Origin: an uncultured virus (IMG/VR IMGVR_UViG_3300014910_000001)
Taxonomy: Duplodnaviria; Heunggongvirae; Uroviricota; Caudoviricetes
DNA: 33,393 nucleotides
Reading direction: 5' to 3' (one strand)
Virus record (IMG/VR): IMGVR_UViG_3300014910_000001
Positions within the stretch are counted from its first letter, which is position 1, and the number at the start of each line of letters is the position of its first letter. A model generated the notes under the pieces. The model had not been told where the DNA came from. It did no database searches and saw only the letters and a program-made list of their open reading frames with translations. A program made the translations under genes and the position numbers. This document shows positions 26,341 through 33,393 of this stretch, one piece after another.

Positions 26341-26607
26341 ATGCCGGAAAAAATTAATTCACCTCACCCTGCATTTTACTCCAGCAGAAGCGAGGGGGGG
26401 ATGCAATACAGCAGTGCTCTACAAATTATATGCAGTAATACTAATGCGTTATGCCGCCGAGAAAAATGGGGCAAAACAGTAAAGCATGTTTACGTTGAAT
26501 CTTGTGAAAGCGATCAGCTCATTATGACCAATGAAGATGGAGCATTGTTTTTTTACATTCCATCAATTGATGATCTGTTAGCGAGTGACTGGCTTATCAT
26601 ATATTGA
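26341..26607 (+). CDS. Tad2 / DUF2829-like small protein (candidate immune-signal sponge)
   Basis: MQYSSALQII...LCRREKWG...FFYIPSIDDLLASDW follows the DUF2829/Tad2 pattern (M.F.EAL...RxxW...W/YxPSxxDxLAxDW). Possible starts at ATG 26341 or ATG 26401 (GAGGGGG RBS). Confidence 0.65.
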   Translation: MPEKINSPHPAFYSSRSEGGMQYSSALQIICSNTNALCRREKWGKTVKHVYVESCESDQLIMTNEDGALFFYIPSIDDLLASDWLIIY

Positions 26608-26707
26608 TAAAAGTCATTTTAGGATTTTTGGTCAGGCTGAAGATATTACTTATTATAATTTTTTGTGCTCTTTTTGAACTCGATTATCTGATGAGTGGGA
26701 GGTTTTT

Positions 26708-28255
26708 TTGATAAAGTTTTTGGTTGCAGAAAAGGCTAAGGTAGATCATGGTAAAATTACCAATGTAGTTTTACTTTCTTTTTCTTCATGGAATGATTAT
26801 TCATTCCAAACCTTATTCGATTTTATATATGTGGATACCAATGGAAACACAAACAAAATCGGGCAAATAAAAATAGGTTTTATAGGTCAAGTAGAAGCAA
26901 AATCTACACTGCATGAGATTGAGCCAGCTTTTCAATTTTTAGAGGATAACTTTTTTAGTATTGCTTCCAGCGTTGAGTTTTACCAGAACCTGTATGCTTT
27001 TGGTAAAGAATTTGGTGACGAAGTGCTAAAAAATTTAAACTGTGTGCTTCTTGTTCCGGACGCTTTGGCAAAAGCAAAGCCAGAAAAAGTGTTTAAGTCA
27101 TCCCTTCTTCGCAACGCTCATTTAAAGACTTTAAGAAATCAATTGAAACGTATTAGGAATGGCGATAGTCCATTGTCAGACTTTTATTTCTCTTTTAAAA
27201 GAAATGAGGGTAAATATGCAAATCTAAATTTAGACTTTACAGTTGTAGCTGAATCACTCCCTCCCACGAACATACATGCTTTAATTGGCAGGAACGGCTT
27301 GGGGAAAACTACTATTTTAAATGGAATGGTTGATTCGATTGTTAAAGGGAAGAGTCATGATTCCGGGATGTTTGTGAATAGTTACGGCGAAAAGATTGAA
27401 AAAGGTTTTTTTAGTTCAGTCATATCTATCGCTTTTAGCGCTTTCGATCCTTTCAATAAAATTGTTGATCAAAAAGATAATAATAATGGATTTAGTTACC
27501 ATTATATAGGTCTTAAAGAGGAAGATAATCATAAGACCTTTCATACTGGTTATTTGACGAAGTTATTTTTAAATTGCTCGGAGTCTGTCTACGAATGTTT
27601 GTCAAATAGTTATAAAAGAAAGTTGTGGTTGGAAACTATGGGCGATATGGGGACCGATGAGAATTTCCGAGATCTGGAGGTTCTTAAACTGGCTGAAATT
27701 GAACCTATGGATGTTATATTCGAATGCCAGAAAACGCTTGAAAGCATGAGCTCGGGGCATGCAATTGCTTTTATAACTGTTAGTATGCTTATTGATAAAA
27801 TTCAAGAGAGATCACTGGTCTTGTTTGACGAGCCAGAAAGTCATCTGCACCCGCCATTACTATCAACATTAATTAGAATCCTGAGTAAATTGTTATATAA
27901 GCGCAATGGTGTTGCAATTATGGCTACTCACTCCCCAGTTGTTATACAAGAAATGCCTAAAGATTGCTGCTGGATTCTAACTCGCTTTGGTGATTCGCTT
28001 AGATTTGATAGGCCATCAATTCCCACTTTTGGCGAAAATATTGGTGTAATAACTAAAGAAGTTTTTAGCTATGAGTTAGAAAATTCAGGGTATTTTGAAC
28101 TTTTCAAACAAAAGGTTAAAGATGGATATTCGTTTGAAGAGATAGTTAAAATGTTTAATAATGAAATTGGAAAGGAAGGATTGGCAGTCCTAATGGTTAT
28201 GGTGGCGTTAAGAGACAAGGGCAAGGGCAAGGGCAAGGAAAAGGACAAGGAATAG
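26708..28255 (+). CDS. ABC/AAA_21-type ATPase (PtuA-like defence ATPase)
   Basis: Walker A GRNGLGKTT, signature MSSGH, Walker B LVLFDEPESHLHP, H-loop ATHSP. TTG start after a GGGAGG RBS; AT-rich. Confidence 0.85.
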   Translation: MIKFLVAEKAKVDHGKITNVVLLSFSSWNDYSFQTLFDFIYVDTNGNTNKIGQIKIGFIGQVEAKSTLHEIEPAFQFLEDNFFSIASSVEFYQNLYAFGKEFGDEVLKNLNCVLLVPDALAKAKPEKVFKSSLLRNAHLKTLRNQLKRIRNGDSPLSDFYFSFKRNEGKYANLNLDFTVVAESLPPTNIHALIGRNGLGKTTILNGMVDSIVKGKSHDSGMFVNSYGEKIEKGFFSSVISIAFSAFDPFNKIVDQKDNNNGFSYHYIGLKEEDNHKTFHTGYLTKLFLNCSESVYECLSNSYKRKLWLETMGDMGTDENFRDLEVLKLAEIEPMDVIFECQKTLESMSSGHAIAFITVSMLIDKIQERSLVLFDEPESHLHPPLLSTLIRILSKLLYKRNGVAIMATHSPVVIQEMPKDCCWILTRFGDSLRFDRPSIPTFGENIGVITKEVFSYELENSGYFELFKQKVKDGYSFEEIVKMFNNEIGKEGLAVLMVMVALRDKGKGKGKEKDKE

Positions 28256-28261
28256 GAGGCC

Positions 28262-29119
28262 ATGATGCGTAGTCTAACTTTTCCAGATATTCAGTGCACC
28301 GATCCATTTGGGACGTGTCTAAAATCAGTTTCTATAAAACATGTTGATTATATAAGCCGCATGTTAGACATTTCGCATACAGTTGCTGCTGAATGGGTTG
28401 ACTTTAAAAGGCTGGTTGTAAATCAAGACCTTGATCAGCTAACATACTGTGAAAGAGGTAAAGTAAAGACAATCATTGCAGGTGATGTAAAAAAGTCTGA
28501 GTTAAGGGCTCTTTACGAAATACACATGCTTAAAAAAGGCAGTAAGGCTCGTAAAATCTATGATGCCCTCAGAGTTACTGATCAATATTGTCCTTTATGT
28601 GGAGTTAAGAAGGTCGCAACTTTAGATCATTATCTCCCTAAATCCCGCTATCCACTACTGTCTGTAAATCCAGAGAATTTAGTGCCTGCTTGTCGTGAGT
28701 GTAATACAGTAAAGCTGGATAAAATATTTACTAAAAAAGAAGAGCATACTCTTTATCCTTATGATGAAGCTCCACATTTTTATGAAGAAGATTGGATTAC
28801 TGTCAATGTAAGTGTAGTGGGTGGTCAGTTCGCTTTTGAATTCCTTGCAACGCCTCCTCAACATTGGTCTCAGGTTGACAAAGAGCGTGTAATAAACCAT
28901 TTTAAAGTCTTTAATTTAGCAGAAACATACAAATCGAGTATTATAGAGCATAAAACGGCTTATAATATTTCATGTAAAATGTTGTGGGAATTGGGTAAAG
29001 AAGAAATGGTAGAGAGATGGTGTAGAGAATGCCTGAAGAGAGAAAAAAATTTCTCTCACCTCAGAGCTGCTTACCGAGGTATTCTTGCCAATGTTCATCT
29101 GTGCGCGCAGTTGACTTAA
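28262..29119 (+). CDS. HNH endonuclease (PtuB-like)
   Basis: CPLCG...TLDHYLPKSRYP...NLVPACRECNTVK Zn-finger HNH, 6 nt after the ATPase with an AGGAGG RBS. Confidence 0.85.
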   Translation: MMRSLTFPDIQCTDPFGTCLKSVSIKHVDYISRMLDISHTVAAEWVDFKRLVVNQDLDQLTYCERGKVKTIIAGDVKKSELRALYEIHMLKKGSKARKIYDALRVTDQYCPLCGVKKVATLDHYLPKSRYPLLSVNPENLVPACRECNTVKLDKIFTKKEEHTLYPYDEAPHFYEEDWITVNVSVVGGQFAFEFLATPPQHWSQVDKERVINHFKVFNLAETYKSSIIEHKTAYNISCKMLWELGKEEMVERWCRECLKREKNFSHLRAAYRGILANVHLCAQLT

Positions 29120-29127
29120 TTTCCTTT

Positions 29128-29165
29128 AAAAAAAGCCCACCAGTATTACACTGTCGGGCTTTTTA
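29128..29165. terminator. Bidirectional terminator between the convergent HNH and portal genes
   Basis: AAAAAAGCCC-ACCAGT-ATTAC-ACTGTC-GGGCTTTTT. Confidence 0.7.
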
Positions 29166-29167
29166 AT

Positions 29168-30865
29168 TTATTCGCCCATTGACGTTACATACCGGGCAAA
29201 CGCCACCAGCTCTTCATGCGTCCAGCTGGCCGGATCGGTACCATCCGGCGCAGACTCGTTCATCATTCCGCCACCGCCTTCATCCTCCTGTGCATCGGCC
29301 TTTTTCCTGCTTTTCTCAAACTCTTCCAGCATCTTGTCGAGCGTGCCGCCGTCCATCTTCAGCTGATCGCTGAACAGGTAGCGCATGAACGTGTCATTCT
29401 CCGCCAGCTTGTTATTGGCCTGTAGCGCATCCATGACCTGCACCATCAGGGTAATGAAGTTAGCGCGGGCGTCCATTTCGCGGCTTTCTTCTTCCTGAAT
29501 TGCGGTGTTCATAGAGTTAAATTGCACGACATAGGGCCGATCATTGACCGGGTAAACCTTGCCGTATTTGAACGCCAGGTGAATGTCGATCAGCCGGTAA
29601 ATCATTTCCTGCGCGCCTTGGCGTAACCATTGCGCCCGGAGTGCCGCCTGGATAGCTGTCTGAATCCATCCGCCTTCACCCAGCCCACCAGCCATCTGAT
29701 CGGCCCAGCCCAGCATAGTTGAGTCGATACCGAGTGCGGCGCACAGCTGGCGCAGGTGAAACATCACGTCCTCGATGCCGGTAATGTCGGCGGGTGTCGA
29801 CTGCGTATCGATCGTAATCCCGTTTTTGCCGTCACCCATCACCGGGATCACATGGTTCATCACGGTTGGCATGGTGTTGCCGTTCACCGCTTTTTTCTGG
29901 AGCGCTTCGCCGTGGCGCTTGAGCGTCTGCGACACGGTGCGGGTGTAGTTCGCGCCGACGACCGGATCGAGTGAGTTGGTAGTCAGGGCAATCAGCCGGT
30001 CAATTTTGGCAGCGTTGTAGCGCGTCGCCTTCAGCGCATTCAGCGCGCCGACCAGATTCAGGAAGGGCTCATAGGCGTGCGCCAGGAAGCTGGTGCCGTA
30101 GTTCTGCGTCTCCGCAACCTCCTTGTCTTCTTCTTCTGACAGCAGAGAGTAACCACGATTGCCGGACGTCACCGGCTGCACGTTACGGGTTGGCGTCCAG
30201 TAAGGATTTTTCATGGGGACCAGCGACCACGGCGTAGACAGCGTGCGGGTATGGGTATCGGGCGACAGCACATAATCCCCGCCGAAGCCGACCAGCTGAT
30301 CGCCTTTGTAAAACTCCTGGATGAAGTAGGGCAGCGAGTAATAGCTGTTTTCCAGGCTGGTGATCCCTTTACCGGAGCGTGCATAGGGGCGCACGTAGGA
30401 CACGCCGAAAATCGCCATTGTCATAGCCAGCGACGGCAGGTGCCGGTTAATCATCGCGCCCAAATCATCCTGCAGCTCTTTGGCTCGTGCCGCGCCTTCA
30501 GCGTCTGACGGATCGACCGGCACGATAGAGAACGCCAGCCCGGTTTTTTTGTCCGGCGCGAATGCGTGGCCAATGTGGATATTTAACGCTGCTGAGCACG
30601 TCGGACTATTCGCCATTTCCTCCAGAATCGCATAGCGCTGTAGCCGGTCCAGCGGCAACTCTGCGCCCAGGTAAAGACTGTCGCCAGCCGAGGTCATTTC
30701 CCCCGCTTTCCCTTCGTTGTACACCATAGCCGCCAGCCCGGAGCGGGAGACGACCACGTTTTGCCCGTTAGTCCATGCGAGACTTTGCGGTGCCTCCGTC
30801 GTAGCCCCCCGGAATGCCTGCCTTAATGCGCTTAAAACGGACAACGCCTTTTTTTTAGTAGCCAA
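29168..30865 (-). CDS. prt: Portal protein (P1 Prt-like)
   Basis: 565 aa. DRLQRYAILEEMA, YGTSFL..AYEP, DITGIEDVMFHLRQL and GGLGEGG motifs; divergent from darB as in P1. Confidence 0.8.
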   Translation of the reverse strand: MATKKKALSVLSALRQAFRGATTEAPQSLAWTNGQNVVVSRSGLAAMVYNEGKAGEMTSAGDSLYLGAELPLDRLQRYAILEEMANSPTCSAALNIHIGHAFAPDKKTGLAFSIVPVDPSDAEGAARAKELQDDLGAMINRHLPSLAMTMAIFGVSYVRPYARSGKGITSLENSYYSLPYFIQEFYKGDQLVGFGGDYVLSPDTHTRTLSTPWSLVPMKNPYWTPTRNVQPVTSGNRGYSLLSEEEDKEVAETQNYGTSFLAHAYEPFLNLVGALNALKATRYNAAKIDRLIALTTNSLDPVVGANYTRTVSQTLKRHGEALQKKAVNGNTMPTVMNHVIPVMGDGKNGITIDTQSTPADITGIEDVMFHLRQLCAALGIDSTMLGWADQMAGGLGEGGWIQTAIQAALRAQWLRQGAQEMIYRLIDIHLAFKYGKVYPVNDRPYVVQFNSMNTAIQEEESREMDARANFITLMVQVMDALQANNKLAENDTFMRYLFSDQLKMDGGTLDKMLEEFEKSRKKADAQEDEGGGGMMNESAPDGTDPASWTHEELVAFARYVTSMGE

Positions 30866-30944
30866 AGTTATACGACCTATTTAATAAACCTTTAGAATCA
30901 GATAAATCATATCCGCTTTATGCAATCTGAGGAAAAGTTACACA

Positions 30945-33393
30945 GTGGAAAATCCAGCAAACAGGGCTGTGCAGGAGGCGGGATCGGTTGAGGAACTGAT
31001 CCGTCTGGTCATGCGCCTGCACAAACAGCGGACCGTAGTAGCGTTTGGCGTTACCAAGCATGAAGGCGTGAGCCTGCAGCGTGAGCGCCGCAGTGCAAAC
31101 GACAATGCGATCGCACTGCTTAACTCACTGCCGCAGGGCTTCGACGGCAACAAGCTGACCGATGAACAGCGCCGGGTGCTGGCGGGCTACAGCGGCGAGG
31201 GCGGTCTTGAAGGCAGTGGCGGCAGTCAGTACGAGTACTACACGCCGCCTTTTATGGCCGAGGGAATATGGGATCTGTTTTCCGATTACGGCATTACCAG
31301 CGGTCACATGCTGGAGCCGTCAGCCGGTACCGGCGTTTTTCAGGAGACAAAACCGGCTGGCGCCATGATGACGTCAGCGGAGATTTCGGACACGTCCGGA
31401 CGTATTAACCAGCTGCTGCACCCGGAGGACGATGTTCGCCTGGGCGCATTTGAGAAGCTGGCGGCATCCGTGCCAGATAACAGCTATGACCATGCCGTAG
31501 GTAACGTGCCATTTGGCGACTCGCGCACAGGCTTTGCCGAGCTCGACCCGGCGTACCGGGATGAAACCAACGTCGGCCATTACTTTGTGATGCGCACCAT
31601 CGACAAAGTGAAGTATGGCGGGCTGGTGGTGCTGGTGGTTCCCAACGGCATGACCGACGGCGGCGGCAACAACAAAAAACTGCGCGATCGCGTTTCCCGT
31701 GTGGCGGAGTTCCTGGGCGCGCACCGCATGCCGTCCGGCACGTTTGCTGAAAGCGGTACCGCAACGGTGGTGGATGTGTGGGTGCTGCGAAAGCATACCG
31801 AAGCACTGACACAACTGGTGCATGACAGCGATGAACAGTCGCTTGAGGCTGCAAGCGTGCTGTGGCCAACGTTCATTCGCGGTAAGTGGTTCGAAACAGA
31901 AGGCCGTCGCTTTGTTCACGGTGCAACTGAGCGATCTGACTTCAACAACATTCTGGTGGTGAAGAAAGATGGCCAGCTGACTAATGCGGCAATGAAGGCC
32001 GCGCTGTCGCGCCGCTTTGACAGCCGTATCGACTGGGATCGGCTGGGTACGCCTGCCGCCGTCTGGCAGTCGCCGGTTGAAGGTGATAAGCGCCTCATGG
32101 CTGGCGTCTGGCACACCTATGACGGCACCCGTTTCATCAAAGACGCCACAACGGCATCGAGCGGGATCGACGCGGCGCGGTTCGGCGCGGCCACTTTTGG
32201 CGACCTTCAGACTAAAACGCGCGCCATTAACGGCATGCTTTCGCTGGACAGCCGCGAACTGTACGCCGCCAGCGTGGAATATCCCCAGCTGTTTGACGAT
32301 CGCACCCATGCTGCTATCCGTTTCGCCATGCAGCAGAAACCAGGCCACCGCTGGCGCGTTATGCGTGCCTCGATCATCGGTCTGCGTATCAATGACGCGC
32401 TGAATACGCAGATGCTGGGCGGCGACGCCAGCGGCATCATTGCCGACGCTGCCCGCCTGGTGAGCGAAGAATTAGGCCAGTACGGCACGCCGAAAGGCCT
32501 GAAGCTGGCCGGACTGTCAGACGCCAGCGCGAAAGGCTGGCTGAGTTTTCAGGCCAACGTCAGCCGTGAAGGTGATCTGTCTGCGCTGCTGAACGGCACC
32601 ATCGACCGCAGCGAGGCTGTGGCAGTCGATTTCGCCAGCCCGGAGCAGGTTGTATCGCACCTTTTCAGTGATGTGGATCTGGTACCTGTAGCGCTGTCGG
32701 CATTCCGCGCCGCGTTTACCGGGCAACTGCCGGAGGATGACGAGGCGCTGCTGGCGCACCTGGCGACCTTCCCGGAGATCGCCCTCGATGGTAACGGCAA
32801 TATCATGCCGCTGGCCCGTGCCACCAGCGGGAACGTGCGCGGCAAAGTTTCCCGTCTGGCGGGGCTTATTGACGACACGCCGGATGGCCCGGTAAAGGCG
32901 AACTATGTCCGCCAGCTGGAAGCCATTAACGAGAAGCGCAAGCACACGTCGATTGAAGATATTACAGTTAACCTCAATGCCCGCTGGCTGGACCGTCGCC
33001 TGATCAAAGAATTTCTGATCGAGCAGGGCTTTGATGACTTCAAATACACCCAGGACCTGGAAAACGATAACGGCTATCTGACCTCAGAAGACAACTACGC
33101 GGGCAAAGACGGCGTTTTCTCTGGCTATCAGGTTCGCTCTGTCACCAGCAAAGGCGGCGTGACCGAGTTCAAGCGCGCCAGCTACAAAGACGGCTTTTAT
33201 AACCAGCTGGAGAATTACCTCAATGGCGTGAAGCCACGCGGGGTGAATGCTAATGCGTACCTGAAGCGCATTAGCGATCTGGAGTCGCATTTCAACGACT
33301 GGCTGCGCACGCATCCGGACGTGGAAACCGTCGTCAGCGACTACAACGATGCGTTCAATGGCTATGTTCCGTTCGAGCATTCTTCTTCCTCAC
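30945..33393 (+). CDS. darB: DarB antirestriction protein (N-terminal DNA methyltransferase domain; 3'-truncated by the window, so missing from the ORF track)
   Basis: Frame from GTG 30945 (VENPANRAV...). Contains LAGYSGEGG, EYYTP, motif I MLEPSAGTGVF, motif IV-like AVGNVPF and GAHRMPSGTF. No stop was seen before the window end. P1 synteny with prt. Confidence 0.85.
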   Translation, partial: MENPANRAVQEAGSVEELIRLVMRLHKQRTVVAFGVTKHEGVSLQRERRSANDNAIALLNSLPQGFDGNKLTDEQRRVLAGYSGEGGLEGSGGSQYEYYTPPFMAEGIWDLFSDYGITSGHMLEPSAGTGVFQETKPAGAMMTSAEISDTSGRINQLLHPEDDVRLGAFEKLAASVPDNSYDHAVGNVPFGDSRTGFAELDPAYRDETNVGHYFVMRTIDKVKYGGLVVLVVPNGMTDGGGNNKKLRDRVSRVAEFLGAHRMPSGTFAESGTATVVDVWVLRKHTEALTQLVHDSDEQSLEAASVLWPTFIRGKWFETEGRRFVHGATERSDFNNILVVKKDGQLTNAAMKAALSRRFDSRIDWDRLGTPAAVWQSPVEGDKRLMAGVWHTYDGTRFIKDATTASSGIDAARFGAATFGDLQTKTRAINGMLSLDSRELYAASVEYPQLFDDRTHAAIRFAMQQKPGHRWRVMRASIIGLRINDALNTQMLGGDASGIIADAARLVSEELGQYGTPKGLKLAGLSDASAKGWLSFQANVSREGDLSALLNGTIDRSEAVAVDFASPEQVVSHLFSDVDLVPVALSAFRAAFTGQLPEDDEALLAHLATFPEIALDGNGNIMPLARATSGNVRGKVSRLAGLIDDTPDGPVKANYVRQLEAINEKRKHTSIEDITVNLNARWLDRRLIKEFLIEQGFDDFKYTQDLENDNGYLTSEDNYAGKDGVFSGYQVRSVTSKGGVTEFKRASYKDGFYNQLENYLNGVKPRGVNANAYLKRISDLESHFNDWLRTHPDVETVVSDYNDAFNGYVPFEHSSSS

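Larger units (their letters stand above)
1..33393. mobile_element. P1-like phage / phage-plasmid genome segment
   Basis: Contiguous P1-type morphogenesis, lysis, dar antirestriction, repL, pro, prt and darB genes. Confidence 0.92.

Noticed and set aside
28217..28252. AAGGGC repeats at the ATPase 3' end
   Set aside because: They encode a KGKGKGKEKDKE low-complexity tail; hexamer slippage would not change the frame.
26100..29119. Retron (Ec78-type) reading of ncRNA + ATPase + HNH
   Set aside because: There is no reverse transcriptase, and the RNA is fully explained as C4 with cognate a/b targets.
30938..33380. Several ORF-track entries, mostly minus strand (e.g. 31374-32348, 32517-32945, 33084-33380)
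   Set aside because: They are shadows of the long + strand darB frame, which the track missed because it has no stop codon in the window.

Overview
A segment of a P1-like temperate phage / phage-plasmid from an enterobacterial-type host. Family assignments come from recognised motifs and P1 gene order; no database search was run. The backbone follows P1: tail chaperone (pmgB-like, 5'-truncated), sit tape measure, pmgA, bplA, gene 16, R, tail fibre S and chaperone U (no Cin invertase), lydA/lydB and the antirestriction operon hdf-darA-ddrA-ddrB. Further along are a lambda R-type endolysin, repL, prohead protease pro, portal prt and 3'-truncated darB. Two AT-richer accessory islands interrupt the backbone. 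Island 1 (about 17.6-23.0 kb) is bracketed by inverted palindromic GTCCGCTTT..AGCGGAC repeats. It carries a HigB-like toxin, an HTH-ImmA/IrrE metallopeptidase antitoxin, a convergent operon of a thymidylate-synthase-fold enzyme with a cytosine-type specificity residue plus an aGPT-PPlase clade-3 protein, and a solitary Mrr-type nuclease. Island 2 (about 26.0-29.1 kb, between pro and prt) carries a complete C4 antisense RNA switch whose target overlaps the RBS of a Tad2/DUF2829-like gene, followed by a Septu-like ATPase + HNH pair. Other signals are a probable programmed frameshift in the tail chaperone, a four-copy late-promoter motif and a leader-peptide/repeat structure upstream of repL.
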